Assembly: GCA_950097015.1 (NCBI GenBank)
Contig: CATNEN010000038.1
Coordinates: 2,418,001-2,482,000 of the forward strand
Source of the DNA: Macrostomum hystrix
Taxonomy: Eukaryota; Animalia; Platyhelminthes
Direction of reading: 5' to 3'
Length of the DNA: 64,000 nt
Shown piece by piece: positions 1-12,955 of the stretch (its first letter is position 1; every line of letters begins with the position of its first letter). A program made the translations under genes and the position numbers. The notes under the pieces are model-generated. The model had not been told where the DNA came from and searched no databases. It was given only the letters and a program-made list of their open reading frames with translations.

Positions 1-1078
1 ACAATCTCACCACTAGGATGCAACCTCACCACTAGGATACAACCTCACCACTAGGATACAATCTCACTACTAGGATACAACCTCACTACTAGGATACAAC
101 CTCACTACTAGGATGCAACCTCACCACTAGGATACAATCTCACCACTAGGATGCAACCTCACCACTAGGATACAACCTCACCACTAGGATACAACCTCAC
201 CACTAGGATACAATCTCACCACTAGGATACAATCTCACCACTAGGATGCAACCTCACCACTAGGATACAACCTCACCACTAGGATACAACCTCACCACTA
301 GGATACAACCTCACCACTAGGATTCAATCTCACTACTAGGATACAATCTCACCACTAGGATGCAACCTCACCACTAGGATACAACCTCACCACTAGGATA
401 CAACCTCACCACTAGGATACAACCTCACCACTAGGATGCAACCTCACCACTAGGATACAACCTCACCACTAGGATACAACCTCACCACTAGGATACAACC
501 TCACTACTAGGATACGACCTCACTACTAGGATTCAATCTCACTACTAGGATACAATCTCACCACTAGGATGCAACCTCACCACTAGGATACAACCTCACC
601 ACTAGGATGCAACCTCACCACTAGGATGCAACCTCCCACTAGGATACAACCTCACCACTAGGATGCAACCTCACCACTAGGATGCAACCTCACCACAAGG
701 ATGCAACCTCACCACTGGGATACAACCTCACCACTAGGATACAACCTCACCACTAGGTTGCAACCTCACCACTAGGATGCTACCTAACCACTAGGATGCA
801 ACCTCACCACTAGGATGCAACCTCACCACTAGGATGCAACCTCACCACTAGGATGCAATCTCACCACTAGGATGCAACCTCACCACTAGGATGCAACCTC
901 ACCACTAGGATACAACCTCACCACTAGGATGCAACCTCACCACTAGGATACAACCTCACCACTAGGATACAACCTCACCACTAGGATGCAACCTCACCAC
1001 TAGGATACAACCTCACCACTAGGATACAACCTCACCACTAGGATGCAACCTCACCACTAGGATGCAACCTCACCACCA
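1..1078. repeat. 19-bp minisatellite (caacctcaccactaggat[a/g])
   Basis: Direct tandem array running off the window start. Confidence 0.97.
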
Positions 1079-1403
1079 CTTGATCCTTGAATTGCAAGTT
1101 GAGATAAAAATAATGAAATATGAAAATGAAAAACTGTTGAATATTGATCAGAAAAATTTCTTCTTTTAGCATTCATCATAATACACACCAGCATTATATC
1201 GTCGCTACTTTCAAGTTAAGCTATGAATACAGAAGGACAGGGCAAAGAGGTTTGAATTGGGCGCTCGCTTATTTGATTGGGCGACCACATTTTTGTCTTG
1301 ACCGGCGCAACCTCGGTTGGCTGCGAATTTTTAAAACCATTGAAATCTAATTTCCGAGGGAATTCCTATTTACTTACGCCGATGTATAGTTATATTCAGT
1401 GCA

Positions 1404-2333
1404 ATGACAAACACAAAGATTGTTGTTCTCTTCTGCACTGTTTCACTGCTGTACATTGGTTGGTACTTCGATATTCCGATAAATCAACTTCAAGCCCTGT
1501 GCGACAATGTTTGCCGATTTAGTCAGCAGAAAGGGGGCCCTCAGGCGGAGACGTCTAAATGCGAGAGTCTAAAAAGCGTGAAGGAGAAACACGAGGACCC
1601 ATTGAGGGCGGGCAGAACGGTGACGCCGATCATCCACCAGAGCTGGAAGAGTCGCCGACTGCCCACGAAGCGAGCGGAGCGATGGAGCGCCAGCTGGCGG
1701 ACCTGCTTCCCGCACTGGGAGTGGCGACTGTGGACCGACGAGGACAACCTGGCTCTGGTGCGGGACCACTACCCCTGGTTCCTGCCCGTGTACCTCAGCT
1801 TCAGCAAGCCGGTGGAGAGGGCGGACCTGGCCAGGTACTTTTACATGTTCCACTTCGGAGGCGTGTACACCGACCTCGACAATGTGTGCGTGAAGAACTT
1901 TGAGCACCTGCTCAACTCCACCGGACTGCTGTTCGGCGGCATGGACGGCCTGAACGATGGAGACCCCCTGCTGCACACCTACGTGCAGAACTCGTTCATG
2001 GCCTCTCGACCCGGCCACCCGTTCTGGATGCGCCTGATTAGCCGCGTGATGCTTCGCCGAAACCAAGACAATGCACCAGGGAGGCCGGAGTTCCTCACCG
2101 GACCGTATGTGCTCATGGAAGAGCTCAGGAAGTACATGAGAGGCAAGCCTAATGATACGAAGATTTACTCTGGCAAGTACTTTAACCCTTTCACCTGGAA
2201 TTACAAAGAGGCCGGACGCTGCAGGACTCGCGGTGACATGACTGATGCGGAAGAGGCAAACTGCATTGCCTCCTTTCCAGACGCCTATGTGGTTCAGCTG
2301 CACACTCAAACCTGGTTGCACGGGCACATGTAG
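1404..2333 (+). CDS. Glycosyltransferase family 32 (DxD; SUR1/Och1-like), type II membrane protein, single exon
   Basis: 309-aa ORF with N-terminal hydrophobic anchor (IVVLFCTVSLLYIGWYF) and motifs IIHQSWK, WTDED, ERADLARYFYMFHFGGVYTDLD, NSFMASRPGHPFW and TGP. Confidence 0.9.
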   Translation: MTNTKIVVLFCTVSLLYIGWYFDIPINQLQALCDNVCRFSQQKGGPQAETSKCESLKSVKEKHEDPLRAGRTVTPIIHQSWKSRRLPTKRAERWSASWRTCFPHWEWRLWTDEDNLALVRDHYPWFLPVYLSFSKPVERADLARYFYMFHFGGVYTDLDNVCVKNFEHLLNSTGLLFGGMDGLNDGDPLLHTYVQNSFMASRPGHPFWMRLISRVMLRRNQDNAPGRPEFLTGPYVLMEELRKYMRGKPNDTKIYSGKYFNPFTWNYKEAGRCRTRGDMTDAEEANCIASFPDAYVVQLHTQTWLHGHM

Positions 2334-3444
2334 CTCTATAATTTCCCTCAATTTGACACAGATAAGGCTTAACCTAAAGCTGTAGTTTACGATTTCTTAA
2401 CCTATGCCGGTGACTTGGGTAGCTTGTTTAATCATTGAGCTTGTTGGTAAGTGAAATCGCCTGAGTTTCCTCGCCCCGAGCTCTTTGCTCATCAGTTCCA
2501 CCCTGCTGCAGTTTGGGCCCTGTTACGGGGAGTGACGGTCTCCGATGAACATAAATATCCATTTGAATTAATAATGAGTTACGAAGACCGACACTCTTAT
2601 TCATTTTTTTCGCGCAAAGGATTGTTCTATATGTACGAGTGGGACTTTGTAAATCTCTCTTGAATTCCCTCCTGGTTGAACCTTAAAAATACTGAGATAC
2701 ACTGAGCTACATTTAGGTCTCATAACGCGACCCCAGAGGGACAATTTTAGAGCACAAGCATGGTCACAGCTGGTGGGGCTTTTGTGCCACCCAAGATTAT
2801 CCCTGCTAATCCTCAGTAGGCATTGCATGCCTCTACAGTCCATATGTATTGTGGGCAAAAAATATCAGTTTTCTTGGAATTGGAAATGACGGCATTTTTA
2901 CGTTTTTAATCAAAAGGGATTTGCTACCTTTCATTTTACGCAATTTTTTGCAAATGTAAGGCTGATCAATTGATTGATAATTTGATAATATTGTCGAAAT
3001 GTTGGAACTGAATTTCCGATCAGCCCTCCATGAGCCATAAATAAGCAAGATTTATAAACTATAAACTATAAACTTATAAACTATTGCGCCATTCCGAAGC
3101 ATCCGTTTAAAATGAAATTTGTTAATGAAGGATTGCCAAATTTTGCTCAGGCCTAGTCTACCTACTACTAATTGCTTTGTTTACACAAGTTTACCCCTAC
3201 TAAAAGTCAACTGTCGATGATAACTTGATACCCTAACCGAATCCAAGAAAAGCAGTACTTATTACTCACCAGCAGTACTAAAGTTTGTACTTAATACTTC
3301 TCGTGGGTTTCCAACTCGTAGCGTCCACCCAAACTGCAATTAGGCAGCAAAATGCATAAACCATGAGTGCCGAAACACAACCGTAATGCACCGCAAAACA
3401 CTATTGCCAGACGTCTGGTACACAAAGACGTATAGTGCCAAAAT

Positions 3445-3893
3445 GTACAGGTTAAAGTAATTTCCCAAGTAAATCTTCGTATCATTAGGCTTGCCTCTCA
3501 TGTACTCCGTGAGCTCTTCCATGAGCACATGCGGCGAAGCATCACGCGGCTAATCAGGCGCATCCAGAACGAGTGGCCGGGTCGAGAGGCCATGAACGAG
3601 TTCTGCACGTAGGAGTTCTTCACGCACACATTGTCGAGGTCGGTGTACACGCCTCCGAAGTGGAACATGTAGAATTACCTGGCCAGGTCCGCCCTCTCCA
3701 CCGGCTTGCTGAAGCTGAGGTACACGGGCAGGAACCAGGGGTAGTGGTCCCGCACCAGAGCCAGGTTGTCCTCGTCGGTCCACAGTCGCCACTCCCAGTG
3801 CGGGAAGCAGGTCCGCCAGCTGGCGCTCCATCGCTCCGCTCGCTTCGTGGGCAGTCGGCGACTCTTCCAGCTCTGGTGGATAATCGGCGTCAC
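3445..3893 (-). pseudogene. Inverted, truncated pseudogene copy of the GT32 gene
   Basis: Reverse complement nearly identical to about 1620-2190. Has TAC>TAA nonsense after ERADLAR, a ~78-nt deletion and a ~46-nt frameshifting deletion; lacks the N-terminus. Confidence 0.9.
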
Positions 3894-4464
3894 CAAATTT
3901 GCCAGACCGTAATGGCTTCAATATTTTGCTTGGGTGTACTCACGAGTAGCTTAAGTGAGTATTACTAACTAAAAACACTAGTTTTAGTAAAAACTTATTA
4001 CAAGAAAAAAACAAATTGCAAACAACCCAGAGGTATATTCTCATTAGATTTATCAAGGAGCGGTTCTGTAAGCAATATGAGCGAGTTTATTAATTCACAA
4101 GAGAGAACTCTGCAACTCATAAAAAATCTAAGAAAAATTACTGTCCAGGTTTCAATACGTCAGCGCTTGTGCCACATAAAACTGCTAGCTAACAATGACT
4201 AGAAAGCTTTCGATGAGAAATAATAACAGTTTACAACAGAAACAATCATGGCTTACACCAACATCACCTGGCATTGCAACTTAATGTCATTGAACTTAAG
4301 TTTTCATGGAATTTGCATTTAACTGCAAGGCGCCCCAGTGTAATGCATTCATAAATAAGCGCTTGAGTGCGAGATGCAACCTGTCATATAAGCAGAATGC
4401 ATATTAGACTAACTCGGGTTACCTGTAAGCTAAGCTATCAATACCCTCAGACAGATAAGCTGTA

Positions 4465-5279
4465 CCCGTTAGACAGTTTGTACCTGTTAGACACAGGGAC
4501 CGTAACTGTTAGACACAGGGACCGTAACTGTTAGACACAGGGACCGTAACTGTTAGACACAGGGACCGTAACTGTTAGACACAGGGACCGTACCTGTTAG
4601 ACACAGGGACCGTACCTGTTAGACACAGGGACCGTAACTGTTAGACACAGGGACCGTACCTGTTAGACACAGGGACCGTAACTGTTAGACAGAGGGACTG
4701 TACCTGTTAGACACAGGGACCGTACCTGTTAGACAGAGGGGCTGTACCTGTTAGACAGAGGGGCTGTACCTGTTAGACACAGGGACTGTACCTGTTAGAC
4801 AGAGGGGCTATACATGTTAGACAGAGGGGCTGTACCTGTTAGACACAGGGACCGTAATTATTAGACACAGGGACCGTAACTGTTAGACACAGGGACCGTA
4901 CCTGTTAGACACAGGGACCGTACCTGTTAGACAGAGGGACTGTACCTGTTAGACAGAGGGGCTGTACCTGTTAGACAGAGGGACTGTACCTGTTAGACAC
5001 AGGGACTGTACCTGTTAGACACAGGGACCGTACCTGTTAGACACAGGGACCGTAACTGTTAGACAGAGGGACTGTACCTGTTAGACAGAGGGGCTGTACC
5101 TGTTAGACAGAGGGACTGTACCTGTTAGACACAGGGACTGTACCTGTTAGACAGAGGGGCTGTACCTGTTAGACAGAGGGGCTGTACCTGTTAGACACAG
5201 GGACCGTACCTGTTAGACAGAGGGACTGTACCTGTTAGACACAGGGACTGTACCTGTTAGACAGAGGGGCTGTACCTGC
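4465..5279. repeat. 22-bp minisatellite (gttagacacagggaccgtacct variants)
   Basis: Direct tandem array. Confidence 0.97.
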
Positions 5280-6187
5280 TTTAGTCATTTTTTACACTAA
5301 CTCTAAAGGTAAGATAACAAGTAAAAGCTGCGTTGTCATATTCTTAGATTGAACAAGCAGGCACTGAGACCTAAAAGCGTTGGTGAAGAGGAAATGTTGC
5401 AACTAAAAACAAAGGCATCGTGAGCCAATTGCAGTACCTTGGAGTGGCATAAGCCAAAAATGTAGTAAAAAACGTTAAACAAGCAAAGCAGGTTGAAGAG
5501 AAGACGAAAATCTGTTGTTTAAAAATCTAAAAAAACTGAATTGAAGACAAGTTTTACGCCTTGCAGCTTGTACGGTGAAATACGGACTAATTAATAAAAA
5601 GACGAAAGCTCGAAAACACAACTGCGTGTGTAAGTTATATGTCAAATTTATGCGAGTGACAATGTGTTGAAAAATGTCTCATACAGTTAAAATTAGAAGA
5701 TTCACACCATACATAAGTAGAATAGTGCAAATTTTAGGAGGTTCGTTGATAAAGCAAGCCTTAAAATACTCTGCTTAGACTAGAATAAAAATAGCAAACT
5801 AATTTAAGCACAGAAGCAATAAAATGTTTTGCATCGACACACAAAAAACACGCAAACATGCGTGACAGTCTACTTATTAGTAGGAAGAACGCGTGAAGCC
5901 GAGGAAAGCAGCGCATATGTAAAATATGCAATTTCGGGGCGAGTTTATAGAACTGCAAATGATCCGATGTGGATAGTAATAAAAACGAGACAATTCAGCG
6001 AGATCTACGGGAGTTGTAAAATGTGTTTAGCATCTCCCTGCGACAATTTAAGGACTGCAGCAACTGCGATCATAAAATACGTAAAATCGACTGAACCTAA
6101 AGCCTGATAATAACTCTGTGGACGAATAAAAATTCGTTGTTACTTTGTGCCTGTAGCGGTCAATCGCCTCTTTGTTCAGCCAAACGG

Positions 6188-9100
6188 TTAGCTTTGCAAC
6201 GACGATGGTGAATTGGTGTCAGCGGAGCCGTAGCCAGAGCTCGATCCTTGCGAAGACGCGGCGGATAGCTTTCGGCGCCTGGCAGTCACTGAGTCGACAT
6301 TTAGCTCCGGATAGCGGACCATCAACTCGGCTAGCCATTCCGCCAGATCTGTCTGAGTCTGTTCGTGGTATTTTACAAAGTCATGGCACAACAGGCGCTG
6401 ATATTTGGGCCGCAGATTCACGTCCTTCATTAAACTGGAGAAAAAGAAAATGAACGTGTGGTTATATATTTTTCGATACATATCGGCCAAAACAGTGATA
6501 ATTTTTAACTGGTGAAACAAAAACCATTATATTATTCTTTAAGATAAAAGGCAGTTAATTATACGTTAGTTGTTAAACGTATATACTATAAATACAGAAA
6601 TAATATTTTACTCGCTAAAACTGATTTTACTGCATTTAAAATTTATTTATTTTTTCGTCAGCAGAGGAAAGGCAGAGAAAAGATCAAAATATGATATATT
6701 TTTCGATACATGTCGGCAGAAGAAGACACGGAAATAAAACGAATTTCAGATCCTGGAGAATCCATGGCTTTACCTAGGAAATTCCGTGAAAATAACCAAG
6801 GATTTTCCGAGGAAAATTAAAAAACAAAAAATTATCTGCCCCGGGTGAGGATCGAACTCACAGCCTCCGCATTATAAGTACGGCGCGCTAACCGATTGTG
6901 CCACCGGGGCCCCTACCGAGGCTGGCGTCAAAACATTACCTTATACAAATGAGACGGAATTGCCGCGGATTTGCCACTATGCTCACAATCTTAACATTCC
7001 CTTTCTCTCAAGGCGATTGTATGACTACTGTAAAATGCAGACCTAGTATAAGTAAGGCAAGCCGCTTCTGTACGCTTTAAGCCCGTTTAAATTTTTGTTT
7101 GAATGTTTGACTAGGACAAAGATAAAAATTTGAGGAATCGAACTTCTAACCTGCTACAAATTAGCGAAACGTGTTAGCCCGTACAGCCATGGGATGCTCC
7201 GGGAATAGCTATGCTGAAACACAAATTTATACGTTATTGTGCAATTACAATATGTCAATATATACATTTATATATATACACACGTACAAAGCAGTTAAAA
7301 TTAGAAATTCCTTGTAAAGTCTATATAGCGTAAGAGAGTAGATCCAAAAGCTACCGCAACTTAATTTAACAAACAATATATAAATGCCTTAAATCGCTTT
7401 TTATGAGATACTAACTAAATGTTTCATAATCTTATTTAGAATAAAACAAGCGATTAAACTACTTTTAACAAGTAGTGCAAATAAAAGCCAACACACAAAT
7501 CAAGTTCTTTAAGGGTAATTAATTGGTTTTTTATTTTATTCCGGACTAAAATCAGCAACTATCAAATACATTGCTCTAACTAATTCGCACACTATTCTCA
7601 ACGTTATCCCTAAGACCCCATTTCCAACTGCTGTAACAGCCATATTTAACTGCACTAACAGCAATCTTTAAGTACTGTAACAGCCTCTGTAACAGCCATT
7701 TCTAAAAACTGTAACAGCCATCTATAAAAACTGTAACAGCCATCTCTAACAACTGTAACAGCCATCTCTAACAACTGTAACAGCCATATCTAACAACTGT
7801 AACAGCCATATCTAACAACTGTAACAGCCATATCTAACAACTGTAACAGCCATCTCTAACAACTGTAACAGCCATCTCTAACAACTGTAACAGCCATCTC
7901 TAACAACTGTAACAGCCATCTCTAACAACTGTAACAGCCATCTCTAACAACTGTAACAGCCATATCTAACAACTGTAACAGCCATATCTAACAACTGTAA
8001 CAGCCATCTCTAACAACTGTAACAGCCATATCTAACAACTGTAACAGCCATATCTAACAACTGTAACAGCCATATCTAACAACTGTAACAGCCATCTCTA
8101 ACAACTGTAACAGCCATCTCTAACAACTGTAACAGCCATATCTAACAACTGTAACAGCCATCTCTAACAACTGTAACAGCCATATCTAACAACTGTAACA
8201 GCCATCTCTAACAACTGTAACAGCCATCTCTAACAACTGTAACAGCCATCTCTAACAACTGTAACAGCCATCTCTAACAACTGTAACAGCCATCTCTAAC
8301 AACTGTAACAGCCATCTCTAAAAACTGTAATCGCCAGCGCTAACTACTGCAAGACAATTAGCCGTCCACTCACCACTTGGCCACAAAGTCGCGAAAGTGG
8401 TCACTAAAAGTGCAGCCAGTGCCAGCAGCCAGCCTGGGCAACTGCGGGGGTGGATCGTCCACAATGCGCGTCAGCAGCTCCATCTCGCAGGTGCAGCCAG
8501 CCAGCGGATGTCGGCCTGTCGCCAACTCCACCAGTGTCATGCCCAGCGACCAGACGTCAGAGCGAATGTCGTAGGCGGAAGTCAGGGTGATGCGCTCGGG
8601 CGCCAGGTAGGCGATGCAACCAGCAGTGCGGGTGTGAGCCTTGGAGTTTACCAGCTGCCCGCTAATGCCGAAGTCGCACAGCTTCACCTGGGTGGAACAG
8701 TGGGTGGACATTCAGTGACCTGGCAGCTACCGCCTAATCAGCCATTACACCTCAGCTACTTCAGCAGACAGCCAATACCACCTCAAGTAGTTCAGCAGAC
8801 AGCCAATACCACCTCAAGTAGTTCAGCAGACAGCCAATACCACCTCAGCTACATCAGCAGACAGCCAATACCACCTCAGCTACTTCAGCAGACAGCCAAT
8901 ACCACCTCAAGTAGTTCAGCAGACAGCCAATACCACCTCAAGTAGTTCAGCAGACAGCCAATACCACCTCAAGTAGTTCAGCAGACAGCCAATACCACCT
9001 CAAGTAGTTCAGCAGACAGCCAATACCATCTCAGCTACTTCAGCAGACAGCCAATACCACCTCAGCTACTTCAGCAGACAGCCAATACCACCTCAGCTAC

Positions 9101-12100
9101 TTCAGCAGACAGCCAATACCACCTCAGCTACTTCAGCAGACAGCCAATACCCCCTCAGGTACATCAGCAAAAGAATTAAACAAGCGTACTTGACCGCGCC
9201 AGCTTAGCAGAACATTGGACGGCTTGACATCGCGGTGAATGAGATTGTGACGTTCCTTCAGGTAGTGCAGCGCGCGCAGCACGGGCACCACAACTTTTCC
9301 CAGCACTGGTTCTGGCAAGCTGCGATGTCCGCTGCAGCGGAGCAGCCTATCCAGGCAGGTTGCCATCAGCTCCATGCAGATCCAGACCTCCGACTGGTAC
9401 AGCACAGCTCCGTAGAACTGCACAATGTGCGGACAATCCCGGCACTTGCCGGCCACCTCCAGGTCGTTTAAAACCCGGCGACGCTCTTCGCTGCCGCCGC
9501 CTAAGCCAGCTGAGCAGTCAAGCCCGCCTGGGCCGGGGCAGAAATGCAGCCGCATAGCTTTGACAGCCAGGCGCCTGCCAGTAGGCAGATGCGTCGCCAT
9601 GGAGACAACGCCGCAGACGCCCTGTCCAAGTTCGCGATCGACTCGCAGGTCGGCGGACTGGCAGGGCAGGCCGGGACTGTCGTCGAAGGTCAGACGGCCG
9701 CTGAGTTGAGCCAATCTGGACTGACTGTCGGCCAGCTGGCTGGCAGCCGTTGAAGGCGCCGACACCGACGATAACGCTGACAGAGTGGACAAAGAGGAAA
9801 CTCCGGCGGAGGCCGTTGAAGAAGCGGAAGATAAAGCAAGCGGGGCAAAGCTGAGCGCCACCGATCTGTTAAATTTAGGTATAGATTGTGATTGTCAGTT
9901 AGTTCAGTCAGAATGTGAGTTAGTTCAGTCAGACGTCAGTAAGTTCAGTCAGATTGTCAATAAGTTCAGTCAGATTGTCAATTAGTTCAGTAAAACTGTC
10001 AGCTAGTTCAGTCAGACTGTCAGTTAGTTCGGTCAGACTGTCAGTTAGTTCGGTCAGACTGTCAGTTAGTTCAGTCAGACTGTCAGTTAGTTCGGTCAGA
10101 CTGTCAGTTAGTTCAGTCAAACCGTAGGTTCGACCTGGCAGTGTAAATTCACATGCATTTTTTGAGGATTTACAGAGGATCCTTCAGTAAAATGCTTTTA
10201 GCTTAGCCATATGAGAAAAATACTTTAATTTAATAATAATACACCCTAATGGAAATTCGTTGGACAAATATTCTAGCAATAATTGATAAACGCAATATTC
10301 GCAAAAATTTTAGTATGAATAATTTAGCAATCATTCACATTATATTGATTGCCGGAGGGTCTGCCGAGTGTCTCAGATGGAATGATATTAGTGTGGCATA
10401 TTCTAGTCTATGAACTAAATATCTGCATTAAAGTGGTAAAATGTACAGAGAAACTATATTGAGCATTTTAGACTTTTGCTATGCTCTTAAGTGTCGGCAC
10501 GTCTCTTTTTCACTGACGATCTCATAGTGATTTCTATGAGACATATAAAACGTTAAGTGCTTACACAGAAGCCTTTCGTCCAACTGGAGGCTCGGAGCCA
10601 GTCCTCAGTGGCAAAGCTAAAATGATAAACAATGCACAGATGCAAATTAAGCACATAAGTTGTTTAGTAAAGTTATTTAAAACGAGCAAACCATTTAACT
10701 AATACATGACCTGATATGGCAATCAACAATTCTAACATATATAAGAATTTCCTTACTTTTGTATTTTCTAGTTTATCTTATAATGCAACTTGTAAGAAAC
10801 ATTATAACAAAAACCTGAGTCTTTAAAACTAAGTATGACTTTAGGGTCCAAAATTTAAAGAAAATTTCTTTCTTATACCATATAACAAAGGTCTAAACCA
10901 TAAGCTAATTGTTGTGACTATTTTTTAATACATAATTTCAAGTTATTAGTATTATTATTGGGCCTACAAATTTATGACATAAATTTTCATTTATTGTAGA
11001 CCATTGCAATTGTTTCATGAACAAGTAGTTCAAAGTTTGTAAGAAACCAGGAAGATAAAATGAAGGTATATGTTTTTATTAGGCATTTTTTTATATTTAA
11101 GTTACCATTAAACATAAAATTAAGTTTAACTAATCTAACTGTATACAATTATGTGTACTCTGTATTGTTAGTTAAATTTATAACTTTTTATTCTTATTCA
11201 TCAAACCATATAATATTTGAATACAGCCTTTTGCCATACATTATTATATATTTGCTAGCTTGCTTACTTATACCTCTAAATCCATAGCTGCTACTGAAAA
11301 TACTACAATAACTATCTAAAATGTCTACATATTAACTATTAGATGATACAAAACAGAGGAAGATAAATCAGGATGAGGAGGTTGATGATATTGATATTGA
11401 TTAATTTGGTAATGAAATTGATAAGTGTAAGTCTTGAATTGAAATTCAAATTAAAAACTAATGACTCTGAGTTCTGACTTCTGAGTCAGTGTATGTCAAT
11501 ATGTGGTTGTATTCCCTATTGGAAAAATTCAACAATCCATAGACAGCATCCAACACGCTTTTCTGATTTTTCTAAAGCACAGTGCCTGCGCACCGGCTTT
11601 TCCTACTTAACTGCTACCCAAAAAGACTTAAGCAGCCAGCAGAAAGAGGTATGGCTAAAGTGTACCTTTCTCAAGGTAGTGGCTATTCGTATGGCAGAAT
11701 CTCCTATCTTGTAGTGCATTTCCAAGAAATGATGAAATGAGTTATAACAAATCTAAAATGTAAACTGTGATGCTTGTAGATTTTTCTTATGTATAAAAAC
11801 TGTTTGATAATTTTCTGCATGGTTAGATAATAAAATTATACATGTTCACCAACCCGCAGCAAGCTTCCTTATGGTGTATTATAGGATTTTATATTTCTGG
11901 ACTGCCATACGAATAGTCACTTCCCTTTCTCAATCCTTTTTAATTCTTAAGTGTGCGCTTATGGGTATTCAATATTTATTCCAAAAGGGTTGAATTCTCT
12001 AGAGTTTCAATTTTTGACAGTTGGCATGCATTTAGACACTCATTTTATGCTATTGAGGCATTCTGGTGTACACTTAGCATGATCCAAACTGGGATCCATT

Positions 12101-12955
12101 ATCACAATTCAGATGGACAATAGAAAATAGGTTTGGCTAGGTCAGACCTAGATTAGCTAGGAGAGAACTATAATATAAGATAATAACCATGTTAAATTTA
12201 TAAACCAAAAATTTTACTACAAAATTTTTGTTTAAAATTAATATATGTTGTGAAATGTAAAAAAAGATGTAATCTACAATCTTGTGAAATGGCCCGACAC
12301 AAAAGGCAAACTTAGTAAGTTAAGTAGAATTTGGAAAATTAGGCCTAATAAAATTTGAGAAGTTCATGAAATGTTTAAGCAAAAAATTATTTGCTGAATA
12401 AAATCATATAATTTTGTTGGAAAATTTAAATACAATATTTGATAATTCAATCATTGAGCATAGACTTCATAGTAAATTAGACCTTCTGTTTGTTAACATT
12501 CATAACTTTTTGTGAAAATAACTTTATCTATCCTAGGTCCCCCATGCCCTAGGTAAATCAAGGCATAAAATAAATAGGATACATGTTTAGCTAAAAAGGG
12601 GCAGAGTTTAGTACTTACTTAGTTTTCCTGTTGTAGCTAGTCGTTTTTTAGAATCACGTGTTAGTGTGGCATAAAGACTTGACTCAGGCTTTGGCACACA
12701 TCTCCAATCTGGGTTAGACAAGCTGGAGTTGGTGCCTTCACATTTTGATATCGATAAATGCCTCATACGCGATAAAGTAGCTGTTGCAAGAACAGTATTT
12801 CCCCCTGATCCAATTGGAACAGAAAGGTTGTGTCCTGCAGTTTTTTTGCTCACTGGTGGAGTTGCTTGTATCTGAACATGCGTGGCGAAATTATGGGATC
12901 CAGAATGTCGACTAATAAGGACTTGGGATTGCACTTGGTGTTGTTGACTTTTCAT
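6188..12955 (-). CDS. MAP2K7: MAP kinase kinase 7 (MKK7/hemipterous-like), 5 exons
   Basis: Phase-consistent GT-AG exons 12955-12619, 10616-10565, 9865-9190, 8687-8374, 6434-6188. Motifs LGQGVCGVV, LAVKAM, HRDVKPSN, KLCDFGISGQLVNSKAHTRTAGCIAYLAPERI (MKK7-type activation loop) and CLMKDVNLRPKY. The first two exons are less certain than the kinase exons. Confidence 0.88.
6818..6832 (-). terminator. Pol III oligo-T terminator downstream of tRNA-Ile
   Basis: Minus strand reads TTTTTTGTTTTTT a few nt after the discriminator base. Confidence 0.75.
6837..6910 (-). tRNA. tRNA-Ile, anticodon TAT, no intron
   Basis: Reverse complement GCCCCGG TG GCAC AATCGGTTA GCGC G CCGTA CTTATAA TGCGG AGGCT GTGAG TTCGATC CTCAC CCGGGGC A folds as a cloverleaf with one A-C mismatch in the D stem, followed by oligo-T. 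Confidence 0.92.
7690..8330. repeat. 22-bp intronic minisatellite (aactgtaacagccatctctaac)
   Basis: Tandem array in the last MAP2K7 intron. Confidence 0.96.
8740..9168. repeat. 31-bp intronic minisatellite (cagcagacagccaataccacctcaagtagtt)
   Basis: Tandem array filling a MAP2K7 intron. Confidence 0.95.
9893..10118. repeat. 21-bp minisatellite (gtcagttagttcagtcagact)
   Basis: Tandem array. Confidence 0.93.

Noticed and set aside
1-1078. Regular repeat arrays as possible CRISPR
   Set aside because: Head-to-tail units without unique spacers, no cas genes and a eukaryotic context; the same applies to all arrays here.
1569-2351. 260-aa antisense ORF over the glycosyltransferase
   Set aside because: Shadow ORF expected from GC-rich codon usage; no motifs.
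7130-7192. Second tRNA-like sequence on the minus strand (GTTCGATTCC B box)
   Set aside because: No acceptor or anticodon stem pairing; at most a degenerate SINE or tRNA relic.
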